This document shows positions 39,250 through 54,242 of a stretch of 64,000 bases of DNA, piece by piece. Within the stretch, counting starts at the first letter, position 1, and the number at the start of each line of letters is the position of its first letter. The position numbers and the translations under genes were made by a program. Below the pieces are notes generated by a model. That model worked only from the letters and a program-made list of their open reading frames with translations, searched no databases and was not told the DNA's origin. Source of the stretch: Camelus dromedarius (taxonomy: Eukaryota); contig NC_087437.1 of the NCBI RefSeq assembly GCF_036321535.1, forward strand, positions 60,700,001-60,764,000. The letters are read 5' to 3'.

Positions 39250-42200
39250 TGCTTTAGTTCAAAGAAATATAAATGTTAGAATAGCACTGAACAGTTTTAT
39301 AGTGTAACAAATATACTTTAAGCAGTCATTGTCTACAGACTGCACCCCAGGCTATAAATGTCTAATTTTGTTTTTTCATGGTGAACTCTATATAATTCAG
39401 CTGTTCTTCATGTCAGGATATCCAGTATTCAAATTAAATGTATATAATAAAGTAATGCCTTAAAGTATTGCACTTTCAAAGATATTTAGTGCATTTAACA
39501 CAGAAATTCTAGTAAGATTCTTACTACTTCAGTTAAGTAAGCATTAACAGTTTCCGGCCAAGTTACTGAAGGTATTCCAACAGATCAGAAGTATTGTCCT
39601 GGGTCTGAAAGCCAGAACATTTTGAATAAACTTTCTGAACCTGATTAAAAGAGGGAAGGCTCATGCTTATTACTCATAAATTTCTGAAAATCTTTCCAAT
39701 TTGGAGCTTTGTAATACATTCAAAATGGTGCCATGACATGTTTAAAAAACATTTATCTTTAAAAATACTAGAATGTTCTCTGAAAACCTATTGCATTTAC
39801 TTTTTAAGCTATTCTGATCTAAAGGAAGAATTAAAGTTTAGGAAAAGAAAAAATGAACATTAAAAAAAAGTTTATTTCTAGCCCTGAAAGAACAAAATTA
39901 TTGAACAAGGTCATCAAATACAGCAGTTAATGTCAATGTAACAATTAAATAATTGAATGGGATTAAATTAAAAATAAAAGTCAATATAAAATTTGAAGAC
40001 AAAACAGAAAAGACAAGTTACTTTCACTTAATTCCATCTACCAAAAAAAAAAAAGCAAGATAGTCCTACCAAAGATGTTCAATTCCAAATATAGTTCTCT
40101 GTTTAATACAGAATGGAAATGTGTTTGACAGAATTATCATAATTTCTTTTTCTCTCATTTGGCAACATTCTAGAATGGTGAATGAGAAAGACTTCAGTTC
40201 ACTCAAAGCCAGGCCAGTGCTTGGTTCTCCTCTGTAATTCCCACAATATCTACCACCACAGTGTCTCTGCCCAAGTGGTCAATAAACGTGTTAGTGAAGA
40301 ATAAAATCTGTGTGTGTGTATTTTTTCCTTTCTTACACATACTCATGTACACGCACTGTGGAAAAACTGACTTTAATTGTTTATCTATTGTGGGAGCAGT
40401 TGAGATAAGGAAGACAATCTGCTTTTTATATTACTATGAAATTTCACTATTAAAAAACCCCGAGTATTAATCTGTATTTTACTATATTCTATAAATGATT
40501 TGGACAGTTCACTGGATATGGATCTCAGTATATTTTTAAACTTTTACTTTCAGATTAAAAAACTCATACACATTTTTAAAGCACCCATTTTTTTTCTAAT
40601 TATAGCTACTGCCTGATCAGATCTAAAATTATTCTGGCTAGAATACAGTAATATATAAACAAACAAGTATTTATGTGAGCCCTACAAAGAAATACTCATA
40701 GGTAGTTTTAAATTGCATATTAAAGGCACCGGTTCATTCAGGACTGGTGGTAACTAGACACATTTTAAGCAGCTTAATATTTATATGTTGAGGGAAAGAG
40801 AATTGATACTACATGCCATGCACTCATGAAGACAGAGTTGTGGTAGCCTTGGTTTCTTATGCTAGTACAATCCCTCTACTTGTTCACTATTCTAGGTGGG
40901 ATAAAATGTTCGATAGTTTCATGGTTTCCCAGTTTTAACTGTCCCTAAAAGCAGCAAAAGGAACAAGAGGCGAAGGAAACTTTTAGACTGCCAGAGAGTC
41001 TGAAATACAATAAATACTGTAAGTAATACTGTCCTAATAATACCAGAGGACTACTAAGGTAACTTAGATTTCAACAGGAATTTTCATTCTCAAGTAATGA
41101 CAAAAAGGGTGAATAGAAAAGGTAGTTAATTAAAAAAACATGAATTTTGATTCAAATATAATTTTTCTTGCAACAAGATCTGACCATTTTAATTTAAAAT
41201 TAATAAATCACAATTCTGTATTGCTTTTAAGATTAAGATTATTAAAAACTGACACATTTCAGTATTAACCAAAGCATATTTCTATTACAAGTTAGTTTAT
41301 CCAAGTAAGTAAAGAATAAACCACAGTGTAGCTCCCTTAACCTAGGAGTCAGGTTTTAATGACAAAAGTCCGTTGCCAGCAATGGACATACAGTAACCAT
41401 CAAAGAAGCTGTAAATACAAATTCCAAACTGCTTCTATAAACTGAAAAGACCTTTGATGAGTCACAGGCATAAAAATGGAGCATTGGCACTGCATTCAAT
41501 GAATACAGTCTTTATGACTTATGTATGGAAGTGCCTTCTAGAGTGGTCATAATGATCAGTCTTACATCATCTAGTTGATTTTCTATTTCATTGGTTGCAT
41601 CTTCTTCATCATAATCCATCCAGACAACTATTTACAAAGAATGTTCAAATCTGGAACTCAAGAGACACTGTAGCTTTCCACCAGAAATAAACCAGCTTGT
41701 TTCTGTAATTTAGTAACAGCTGTAGAAGGCCAATATAATCCAGAGAAAAATGAAGTCAATAATCAAACTGAAAAGAGACCATTAAGTGCTCTAGATTTAA
41801 GTTTCATTAATTATTTTACTCATTTTTGTGAAAATCTTCCTGCATTATCAATAAAAAACCAGCCACTTCTACCCTTATACCTATATCCTAACACAGATAT
41901 GATGGGAATGACAGGAAATAAAACTCTATTAGTTCTCCTAATGTACTCCAAAACATCAAAACTATTTCTATTGATGATTTGTACTATTGCAGGATGGCAG
42001 GTAGGTGTGAAGTCAACTAGAAGTGAACGGTGGGAACAACTGCCAGAACCAAACCACAGACTCTTTTACATGGCTCCTGGCATGTCAGAACAGACAATGC
42101 TGCCTCCATCAGTCAAAACAATTTAAAAAAATGAGAGAAAAAGAGAGAAAGTCTTGAAGAGGAGAGGAGGAGAGGGGAGAAGAGAGGGCACTCTAATAAT

Positions 42201-43620
42201 GCTATAGGTCACAGACCTTTTTAAAATCTTTAAAATAAAAAGTATTGCCATCAACAAGTACATTTCATTTTTCTTCCTTTCTCCAGTTTTTTACATGAAT
42301 ATTATTTACTTATTTGAAAAAATCTAAAGTAACTCAGCATTTCAAATGACCCATGAATTTATCAAAATGTATATTGTCACTTAAGTTCTCATAGACAGTA
42401 ATTTTTTGGTAATGGGTGGGAAACAACATTTATAACAAATCTCTACAGTTTACTGGTCAGAAGCTGCGTATCTATATAACCGACATTTCTCTTTCATGAA
42501 TATAATCTTATCTAATTATTTTAGAGCTCACCAAGATTTAAGTCTCCCTCTTTGTCTCTGCTAGCTCCAAATATTTTTCTCCTTTAAATGGAAAAAAAAG
42601 GTTAACTTTATTCTGAAAATTCAATGGTTATTATATTATTTACCATGGGAAGGGGGGAGGAGTAGAGTGAGAGAGGGTTAATTAAAAAACAAACTAGCTA
42701 AAATTACAACATATACAGAAACTTATTTCCAAAATGAAGGGAAAAAAGAGGGAAGGGGAAAGTAGCGGCACAAAGTCCTGAAGCCAAATCTGAAGAGGAC
42801 ATAGTCAGAAGGGAAAACAAAACTGTAAGAAGGTATAATCAATGGGATTCTTTTTCTGCCTCAATGATTTAGTTATAAATATAGATTATTAGTCTTCTCT
42901 CTATACATGTAACAAATGCCAAACAGCTCACTACCATGAAATTTCTAAAATTGACTCTTTCACATTTGTTAAAAAAGGTAAAAATCACATACTTTTCTTC
43001 CCTTCCTTCAGTTCAAATTCTGAACTGAAATAGTACATGTAACAATAGCTGGTCCTAACTTCTATACAAAGTTAAACCTATTATAGGGCTCCTTTGCCAA
43101 TATAAGGAGCTACATAATTTCTATCACACTTGCCTCTAGTTTAGGCATAAGAAAGATTTCTCAAAACAACTCAAAAGGAGCAAGTCAAGGAAAAAGGAAG
43201 CTATGAAGAGAGGAAAGAAGACTAGCAGATGAAACAAATACTCTGAAAAACTCAAATCTGCCATTCAAGTATTGAAAATACCCTCAAAGGGACAATGAAT
43301 GGGCTCTATTTTAATGAAGTCAGCAAATTAAAATGCAAATCTCAAGCATGATACATGGCCCTGATGGGCTTTCTGCTGAAAGACGTAAGGCTAGTGATTC
43401 AGTCCACAAGTCCTTTTGGACCCTAAAGAAGGGATTCAATAGAAAGTTGTCATTTGGTTTTGCCATTTTTCTCTTGGTTGTCTTCAGAAAGTAGTAGTTT
43501 GCTTTTATTCCTCCATGTTATGCAGACCATCTCTTTAAACCCCCAAAGAGTAATAATTTTCATATATTAAAAGACTTCTTTTAGAAAATGGAAAAAAGAA
43601 TTGAGGCCACGGCAATGATG
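39250..43620 (-). other. PAK2: PAK2 3'UTR (distal end approximate)
   Basis: Repeat-poor AT-rich stretch following the stop codon. Minus-strand AATAAA at 43504-43509, 42607-42612 and 39871-39876. Confidence 0.7.
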
Positions 43621-43707
43621 TTAACGGTTACTCTTCATTGCTTCTTTAGCTGCCATGATCAGTGGTGTCAAGCTGGATAATGGTTTGGCCAGTTTCAGGA
43701 AGGGATG
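43621..43707 (-). CDS. PAK2: PAK2 last coding exon 15 ([28 protein letters not shown])
   Basis: Acceptor cag| at 43708-43709, TAA at 43621-43623. Matches the PAK2 C-terminus. Confidence 0.97.
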   Translation of the reverse strand, partial: HPFLKLAKPLSSLTPLIMAAKEAMKSNR

Positions 43708-44127
43708 CTGCCAGAAAGAGGGGTGAAAAATAAAATGTGTAAATGTCACCAATTTAGAAGCTAAATATTTCCTTTCAATTAAGCCCTAAAGACTACTTTA
43801 CGGATCACAACTTATTTAATAAACACATATTTCAATACCTATGTAAAATCAACATAATTGATATATAACTTTTATGGTTGAAAGCATAGTCTTTTTTAGT
43901 TTTTTTAATACTGTAAAATCTCAGTTAAATGACCCAGATAACTATGCCAGCAATGAACTGGTGTGAGAACTGATCATAAGCAAAAATTCACCTACTTATG
44001 TATTACAGCATTGTGGGTATTTTATTCCCAGCAGAGAAAATCCTAAACTGCAGCAGCTGCCATGCTGCTGGTAATGAATGAACAGTGAAATGTAATTATT
44101 AACACTATGTAAATTTTTTGTTGGTTA

Positions 44128-44313
<186 letters not shown>

Positions 44314-44739
44314 CTAAAAATAGAAGAACAACTTTCACATACTTAAGGTAGCTCAACAAAGTGAGAGAGCACTTTAAACTTTATGGATTTTTTTTCCCAC
44401 TTCTTTAAAGGTAATTGCCATACATACTTAAGAGAAGTTATTATTTCTACCCACTTTGATTAAATATTTTTCCCTTTATTTTTAGATGTTACATTTCCCT
44501 GACTTCTTTTTCAAAATTAATTTTACTTGGTTTTTTGGATTATAAATGCAATACATACTGATACTAAAACTACTATAATACATAAGAGTATAAAGAAAAA
44601 TGACCACAACCCCACCATCAACATACAGTATCCCATTTATCTTTCTTAGATTTCTTTCAAGTCATATCACATTTCAGAACAATGGGATTTGTTGAAACCC
44701 TTTTTAAAAAAAATTAAATTAGCTATATCTATATATCTA

Positions 44740-45330
44740 CAGATGAAAAAGATGAGCATACAGGATCTTTAAGGCAGTGCAAATACTTTTTAATATACTT
44801 TAATAATGGGACACATGTTATTCATTATACATTTGTCCAAACCCATAGACTATATGACATCAATACTACTCAGCCATAAAAAGGAATAAAATGTTGCTAT
44901 TTGCAGCAACATGGACTGACTTGGAGGGCATTATGCTAAGTGAAGTAAGTCAGACAGAGAAAGACAAATACTGTATGATGTCACTTCTATGTGGAATCTA
45001 AATAATACAACAAACTAGTGAATAAAACAAAAAAGAAGCAGACTCACAGATATAAAGAACAAACTAGAGGTTTACCAGTGGGGAGAGTAAAGGGGAGAAG
45101 GGTAATATAGGGGTAGGAGAAAAAAAAGTGAACTCTAATGTTAACTATGGACTCTGGATGATAATGATGTGTCAATGTAGGTTCACTGATTCCAAGAAAT
45201 GTACCCTCTGGTTAGGAATGTTGGTAATTGGGGAGGTTATGCACATGTGGGGGAAGAGGGTATATGGGAAATCTCTGTACCTTCCTCTCAATTTTGCTGT
45301 GAACGTAAAACTGCTTTTTAAAAAAACCAA
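44740..45330 (+). mobile_element. L1MC-like 3' end interrupted by a younger L1 fragment (about 44865-45128)
   Basis: Host motif acatttgtccaaacccatag...gtgaactctaatgttaactatggac is split by the cagccataaaaaggaat...gtcagacagagaaagacaaatac segment. Confidence 0.7.
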
Positions 45331-45731
45331 AGTCTTAAAAACCCCAAACAAAGCTAGCCTCGTCATTACTAATAACAGATTAGATCCACTAAATTATTTT
45401 AATGGCTGAATTGAATAGTGCCTTATTATATGGATGTGTCATAATTTAGTTAATCCCTTTTGGAAAATCCTTGCATTCTTTAGTATTCTTCATGTACTTC
45501 TCTGATTTTAAATTCCTAGAAATTAAATAATAATTTTTAAAAAAGCACTCAATAGACTTTTCTAGACGTTTTAGACATACAGAAAATTGAGCAAATAGTA
45601 CAGAGCTCCCATATACCAAACCTCTCCAACACACGCAGTTTCCCCTATTATTAAAATCTTATATTAGTATGGTACACTTGTTATTAGTGATCAGCCAATA
45701 CTGGTACACTTTCATTAAACAGAAGTCTATA

Positions 45732-45867
45732 GGGGGACTGTATAGCTCAAGTAGTAGAGTGCATGCTTGGCATTCACAAGGTCCTGGATTCAATCCCCAC
45801 TATGTCCTCTAAAAATAAATATAAACCTAATTCCTCCACCCTCGCAAAAAAAAAAAAAACCAACCCT
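45732..45867 (+). mobile_element. tRNA-derived SINE with TSD, nested in old L1
   Basis: TSD agaagtctat at 45721-45730 and 45868-45877. Confidence 0.88.
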
Positions 45868-46260
45868 AGAAGTCTATTAGTTTACATTAGGGTTCACGCT
45901 TTGTATTGTGCAGGTCTATGGGTTTAGACAAATGTTTATTGTCATGTATCTACCTCCATTATAGTATTATACAGAATAATTTCACTGTCCTAAAATTCCC
46001 TGCGCTCCACCTATTCATCCTCACTACCCCACTAAGCCCCTAGCAACCAATGATCTTTTTTTACTCTCCACAGTTGGAATCATACATTATGTACCCTTTT
46101 CAGATAGATTCTTTCCTAAGAAGTATGCATTTAAGGTTCTGCCACATCTTTTGTGGTTTGATAGCTCATACCTTTTTATCTTTTTAATGTTATGGAATAA
46201 TACTCCATCATATGGATGCACTACAGTCTATTTCATTCACTTTAAAAAGTACAATATATT

Positions 46261-46344
46261 GGGGAGGAGTATAGCTTAGTGGTAGAGTGCATGCTTAACA
46301 TGCATGAGGTCTTGGGTTCAATCCCCAGTACCTCCATTAAAAAG
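46261..46344 (+). mobile_element. tRNA-derived SINE, short form
   Basis: A/B boxes with flanking aca(a/g)tatatt repeats. Confidence 0.87.
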
Positions 46345-46651
46345 ACAGTATATTTATATATTTCACATCTTGGCTGCTTCCAATTTTGGGAAATTATGAA
46401 TAAAGATGCTATAAACATTGTGTGCAGGTTTTTACGCAGACATAAGTTTTCAACTTTAATAAGAACACAATCCTAGACTGTATGATAAGAACATGTCTAG
46501 TTTTGTAGGAAAGTGCCAAATTGTCTTCCAAAGTAGCTGTACCATTTTGTATTCTCATCAGCATGAATGAGAGCTCCACATCCCCACTAGCATTTGGTAT
46601 TTCAGCTTTTCTGGATTTTAGGCCATTCTAATAGATACGTAGTGGCTTTCT

Positions 46652-46806
46652 TTCTTTTTTTTAAAGCCAAACTCATTAAAAAATTTTTTTTGAGGGGGAT
46701 TAAGTTTGTTTGTTTGTTTATTTATTTAAATGGAGGTACTGGGGACGGAACCCAGGACTTCATGCATGCTGAGCATGCACTGTACCATTGAGCTATATCC
46801 TCCCCC
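46652..46806 (-). mobile_element. tRNA-derived SINE, long form
   Basis: Reverse-complement SINE with flanking agtggc(a)tttc repeats. Confidence 0.85.
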
Positions 46807-48464
46807 TGCAGTGGCATTTCATTGCTGTTTTACTTTAGCAATTCCCTAGTGACACGATGTTGAACATCTTTTTATGTGCTTATTTGCCATCTGTGTATCT
46901 TCTTTGGTGAGCTGTCCGTTCAAATCTTTTGCCATTTTTACATTAAGTTATCTTTCTTATTGTTGAATTTTAAGAGTTCTTTGCATATTTTGAATAACAT
47001 TTCTTTATCAGATAGGTGTTTTGGAAATAATTTCTCCTGATATGTGACTTGTCATTTCATTCTCTTAATAATGTTTTCCTAGAGAAAGTGAGTCCAATTT
47101 TAATGAAGCCCAGATTATTATTTCATGGATAATGCTTTTGATAATGTATCTAAAAACACTGCTGACCCCTAGGTCACCTAGATATTTTACTGAATTATTT
47201 AAAGGTTCTGCCACATTACCATAATGCCATCAAAAAAGGCTACCAATTGACACTCAAATCATCAGTATATTATTGTGCCTATTTCCTTGTCACCTAAGTT
47301 CACTTCTCTTTACATGACATTTTCTCCCAAATTTTCATTTAAAAATTCTATTCTAAAAAATTATCTCTGACATAGCAATTAGTATCAATTTAAGATCATA
47401 AGATTGTTCTGAGTTTCCACACTTCCATCAAAAGGGATTAGGGGGGAAGCCCATAAAGACAAACACTTGTGCCAAGTACTCCTCCTCTCTAAGCACTTAA
47501 TAACCTTTTCTCTACTTGGGGATAAATCTTATTATACTGTTTATCTTCATTTATGTTAGTGACTTAAGGAGCCGAGGACTCCTGGTCATTCCCTCAGCTC
47601 CTCCATTCGAACACCCATGTAGTTCGGCACATTCCCCCTTCTGGCCTGAATTTCTTCATACAACCACTCCCCCTTCCCCTTCAACATTTGGTTACACTTC
47701 TTGTCCTTTGGCCTACCTCAGCCACACACACCCAAGGTCATATCCTATGCCTTTATCAATACCAATAACTGCAACTCTTAAATCTCAGTTGTGCTCCACT
47801 TCCTATCTTTTCACTCCTAGTACCCCAATGCCAGCAATCCTTTGACACCAATGAATCTAAGTAAATCCTGACTGATCTCAAGTGTCGAGCATTCCTTTCA
47901 CATAATCACTTCTTTGATCCTTTTACCCTTCATAGCACTCATTTGTCTACTCTTTGCCTCTCTACCTGTGCAGCTAAGTATTGTGGAAGAAGAAGATACA
48001 TCCCTGCTGACTGGCATCACTAACCTCACAGGGGCCCTTCAGGCTTCCAGCATTCACAGTAGATTTCCCTATTTCACTGGCTCCTGTTTCTGCTCCAGGA
48101 CATTTAGTTGTCATGTCTTCTAAGGCTCCTCTCGGCTATAACAATTTTTCAGACTTTCCTTTCCTTTTGATGAAATTGATAGTTTGGAGGAGTAATGGTC
48201 AGGTATTATATTGTACAATGCCTCTCTATTGGAATTTTTATGATTTTTTTCTATGATTAGACTGACAATATGGGTTTTGGGGAAGAAGATCAGAATTAAG
48301 AGTGCCATTTTCAATACAAATTCTTTACCTAACACATTCAACCCATAACCCAGAAGCAAATGATTTTTAGATGCAGAGTGTGGACAGAGACTAGATTTTA
48401 TCAACTTTGTATCCTAAATACTTGGCCAGTGCCTGGCACAAGCAGGTTATAAATAAATGTTTTA

Positions 48465-48731
<267 letters not shown>

Positions 48732-50792
48732 TTAAGTTAATGGTGCCCATGGATTGTTTTATCTAAGAGTTCACTTCATATGACTTAACTAATTACATTT
48801 ATAAATTCGGCCTCTTATTTTTTTTTCGGCCTCTTATTTTTAAAGAATGCATTAATAAAGTAAACCAAAATGGGCTTAAGAATATTCTGATGATGTTATG
48901 TATTCTCACTTTTCAACTTTTACTTCCCACAAGTAGAGGGGAGATTATCAGGAGGCCTTTTATCCTAAACAAATCTACCCTAAAAGTTTAAATAAAGTTA
49001 AAAAAGTTCTAAAAGAAAAAGTCACCAAAAGTGGACAGCAAACTGTGTCAACTGTGGATCAGGCAAAGGTCAGAGAGTGGGAACTACTTCTGAAGGAAAT
49101 AAACAGAAGTTAGAATCAATAACTCTGACTCAGCAGAGAGCCTAGGAAAAGAACACAATTAGCTGCAACTGTACCTACAAGGTCTCAGCCAGCATTACTC
49201 TAGTCCGTCCACCTCATTTTGTAAATGTGGGACAGAATGCCTAATTTAGTACTCAGTGTTAATTTAGTGGAAAAGTCAAGCTGAGAATCTAGAATTTTTT
49301 CCTTCCTTCTACTGTTAAACCCATTCTACTCCATACATAACACTCTTAACATTCAGGTTTGTAAGGTTTACACTTTCTGTTATGCATTTACAAATAATAT
49401 CCATGAACTGCCTGGTTTATTTAACCTAATTAGGATATTTTGTAAGCTGCTTTTTAAAACCTAATTTATTTTTAGAGATCTCTGTAATTAGAAGAATTAT
49501 TCAAACTACACAACTTTACAGAACATAAAAACACCGTAATTTATTTAACCATTTCTGTACTACTAGACATTTAAGATATTGTTGGGTTTTCTCTGCAGAG
49601 AACAGCTTTGTACTTATTGTGGTGCATTTATGTTCAGTAATTCTACAAGAGAGAGTCCTAGAAGAGCAACAGTTAGTCCAGATCATAACATTTATAGCTA
49701 AAATGAGTATTTATAACTGGTTCAAGTACCTCATAAGAATTAACATACCTCGTGATAACTTTATGAGACAGGTATGTTTATTATTATTATAATTCCCATT
49801 TTACAAGTGGGGAAACTGGCATACATATTTTTAGATAACTTACCCAAGATCATTCATCCAGTAAGTGGCAGGGCCAGGATAAAATATTATTCAAAAAAGT
49901 CAAATTTAGTTTATCTGTGTATCCACCAAAAATGTCTGAGAATGTTAATTTCTAGCTTTCTCACTAAAATTACAAATAGTAATCATATATATTGACCATC
50001 TGATAGAACTTAAATCTCCTTTTTTGTGATTGAATAACCTTTGGAGGATCTATCTTAAAAAAAAAAAAAAAGTTGAAAAAGGAGCCAAACTCTCTAGGCA
50101 AACAAGAAAAAGTTTTTGGTCTCCTGATCAAAGAAATGCCTTGAATTCTGCACAGTTGGAGAAACCTCAGTAGTAGCTCTTTTTGAATCCTCTAGAGGGC
50201 ATGGTTGGAACTGAGATTAGAGCCAGCAGAGAGAAAGGGTTTTTTTCCCCCTGACTCCACCATATCTGATACAGAAGATAATTAGGGAAAGACGTTTACA
50301 CATTTATTTTTTTAAAACGTATCATCTCTGATGCAGGGTCATACAGCCTCCCCCAATCAGGCCACATGCTACCAGCAAAGAAAGAAGAACAGCATAATGA
50401 GAAAAATCTACCCCAATAGTGGCAGGGACAAATCCAAGTTTATGTTAGAAGACAGCACCAACATTACAACAGTCCCGGGGCTGTTCTCAGTTTTTTACAT
50501 TTTTAATCCTCAGAAGAATTCTCTAAGATAGGTAGTATTATTTTCCTTATCACACAAATGAGAAAATGAACACAAAGATTATGGAACTCATTCAAAATTA
50601 TTCAGCAAGTTGTAGTGGATCTGATATTTGGAATCAAGCTGTCCAGCTGAGAGTTCATATTTTTTTTAACCACTGTTCTCTCTCCTCCATCCATTTACTG
50701 TCATAAAAATATTAACAGCAGAAGAGGGATTTTACTTAAACAAAAGGTAGAAAATTATAAGTAACACATAAATGTTATTTGTTCATTTGTTA

Positions 50793-50954
<162 letters not shown>

Positions 50955-52845
50955 TCACATACACTACTTATGGTCTGGGCACTGCCTCTAGTATCCAGCA
51001 GAAGACACTTTAATACATACATTTACAAAGAAAACAACTCTCTCATGAGCAAAGTTATCAAAATAAAATTCCTTAATCAGAATCTCCTCTTCCCATCCTC
51101 TGATCTTACCCAGAGATAATTATTAATGTCATATTTAGTCCTATGTCAGACACAGATTATTGAAAACCGTAAGAATATCATTCAATCTTCAATGTGTCAT
51201 TTATGAAATGATGGGTGGGTTTACATGATTTCTAGGCCTATTAGGTTTAAACACCTAAAGGTATAGAGCACTTGGTAAACATACGCAAGGCCTTTTAGAA
51301 ATCATTCAGTAAAGGATAAACTTTTGACCATTCCCATTTGAATTTAAGATACTCAGAAATCTAATCAATGCAAGCCATTGGGTGGTCTGGTTCTCTCCAG
51401 TTACTGAATGTGACGTACAATGTTTTCTTCCTTTTTTCTTATGGTAGGTTTTACATAAAGCTACATACACACCCTAGACACCAGTGATGAAAGAATAACT
51501 TTCCTCTTATGCCATATTTTAAAAAGCACTGAGTCAAAAGTGCAGCAAAACTATTCTTACTTCCTTACAAATGAGTATGAGATTAAATTTTAAAAATCTG
51601 CTTGCTATGTTTTTAATGTAACCTGAGTATAAACTGGAAGCTGGAAAAAGTTGTGTTTTTATTTCTTACCCCATTAAAGTAGAACACATAGTCTGTACAA
51701 CTAAATAACAACTAAAAAATCTCATTCAAAATACTCCAATATTCAAAGAAAAAAAATCAGATTAACAGTGTATTACTGTACTACATTTACCAAGCATTTA
51801 AGCAGATTCCCAAAACGAAGAAACCCCAGAAAAATAATTGAATTAAAAAAAAAAACTATCACAATTAGAGGAACTCCTAAAATAATTTTACATGAACTAT
51901 GAAAAAAAATGAAAAACAAATTAAGTATAAATAGATAATTCTTACTAAGTTTTTATTAGCTTTTAAGTGACCAGACATTCTTTGTTAAGGGATATTATTA
52001 AACTATCATATTCATAACTATTAAAAAGTTATTTCCTTTTCTCCTGAAACAACCAGGAGGTAGAGCATAATTATCCTAGAGTTAAAATTTTCAAAGAAAC
52101 TTTTTCAAGAAATACCTAATAAAAGCTGAAAAAGAGAAAAAATCATATATACTGTTCCTATATAAACAAAGTTCATAATTTACTTATAATTCACTGTAAA
52201 AATTCAAAGACAGATCATAGGGAACATAATAATTGTAAGAACTTCTATAATTTTGTCCCTTGTGACAATGGTTCCTAGGATATTTGAAGAAAGTAGTGTC
52301 ACAATTTTAATGACAATAAGCAAGTCATTAACCTAAGTCTAATCTGTAGGAAAAGATTAGATGGAAGAAGGACAGGCAATTTGGCAGAATTCTACTGGTT
52401 TAAACAAACAGTAGGTCTAGAAATTCATTTAACGAATATCATCTCACTGATCACCTTCAATGAGCTCAATAAAGCCATAAATAGACTAATTAATACTTAA
52501 GGTAAAGATATTTACCACCCTGTTCTTGTGTCCACTGTTGAGTGGTATATTTTTAATGGCACCCCCCTTCTCACTCTTGAAAAGTACCCTGCTTAGATAA
52601 TAAATTATAGTGATCATCCCACTGAAATTTACTGGTGAGCTGGGCTTTTCAAAGGTGCATGATTCATTCCAGAATTATCCTATACATGAAGGAAAGGACT
52701 GAAACTCTCCTGTAGCATGAACTGATATGAAAATAACTTGTAGAAGGTTTGTACAAAGTATCTCATACAATGAAAGTAACCTGCACAAAAAAACTTTCCC
52801 TTTTTCCTTCACCTCCTGTTAACCATATATTACCATAACTTATCA

Positions 52846-53055
<210 letters not shown>

Positions 53056-53224
53056 TTAAATACTAGGCACCCTAATTAAAAAACCAGAAAGCTGGTAGCT
53101 TTGATAGCTAGGAAAAAAACTGAAAAGCTTCTATGTAACAGCACAGAAAAATAACCGAAAGTCATTATGATTTTCCTGAATCACTTTAAAGTTTGCCCAT
53201 AATTGTAACTTGAGTGTGTACATA

Positions 53225-53410
53225 GATTATTTCAATTAAAATAATCCCATAAGGTAGGAACTATCCGTCCTCTTTTACAGATGAAGAGATAGAGGCTTGG
53301 TAAGGCTAAGTAACTCATTCAAGGTCACGTGGCCATTAGGTGACAGAACTAGAATCTGAAGCCAGGTATAGCTGATTCCAAAGCTTATGGCTTATCTTAA
53401 CCACCATGTT
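53225..53410 (-). mobile_element. MIR remnant (others near 3800-3990, 34890-35000, 49740-49880, 50480-50680)
   Basis: ttttacagatgaagagatagaggct...aagtaactcattcaaggtcac core. Confidence 0.65.
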
Positions 53411-54129
53411 TTACTGACTTGAAACACTATTTTAAAAAGTGGGGAAATGTATCTGGAAAGTTTAATTCTATGAACATGGTCCCCAGAGTTAGCATTAAAG
53501 TCTAAAACTGTGTTTTCTTTTAACCCATTCAAAATAAATTTAAATATGGGAAATAAATAAACCATCTATAATCCTCTATCTCCAATACAATCACTACCAT
53601 AATTTTCATTTATTTTTCTACTATTCTTCTTTCACTCATATACATGTAACTGCTTAAAAAAAGTTGTAAGATACATAATTTTCTATTCTGTTTTTTGTTT
53701 TGCTATTTAACATCAATTCCTAAATTAAATGAGGTTTAGATAGACATACTACTTGCCCATGAAAGACAAAATGTGAAATAAAAATTGGCCTGAAAGTTTA
53801 AAAACTGTGTGGCCAGTCACCTTTGTCATTCAAGGCATGAATCACAGCCAACCTTCCCTTAATGTTTCTGCTTCTGATCATTTGTAATTAATATGACCAT
53901 CAACAGCAATGTCCTTCATTTAACTGCCTCCTCTTGCTTGCCAAGTGATATCTATATAGAAAAAGGACCTTCCAAACTGTAATATGCTATTTTACCTCTC
54001 CTCCATCTTCAAGTTTATTTTTCAGTATTGACATTCGACTCTAGCCTAACTAAAGTGGCTAGTCCCCAAACCCATGAGATGTAAAATTTCTACTTTTCCT
54101 CCCAGTGTTTAAGAAATATTTATATTTAC

Positions 54130-54242
54130 CTGTCCAGGAAGTTAACTATGTTAGGATTCTTTAATTCTTTCATCACCAGGATCTCATTAATGATCAATTC
54201 TTTCTTTGGCTGCTTCTGTAAATTAATCTGTTTGATAGCAAC
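54130..54242 (-). CDS. PAK2: PAK2 exon 10 ([38 protein letters not shown])
   Basis: tag| acceptor, |gtaaat donor, 113 nt, VAIK lysine. Confidence 0.97.

Larger units (their letters stand above)
45530..47200 (-). mobile_element. Old L1 3' region hosting three SINEs
   Basis: tgttgaacatctttttatgtgcttatttgccatctgtgtatcttctttggtga and similar antisense L1 motifs. Confidence 0.7.
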
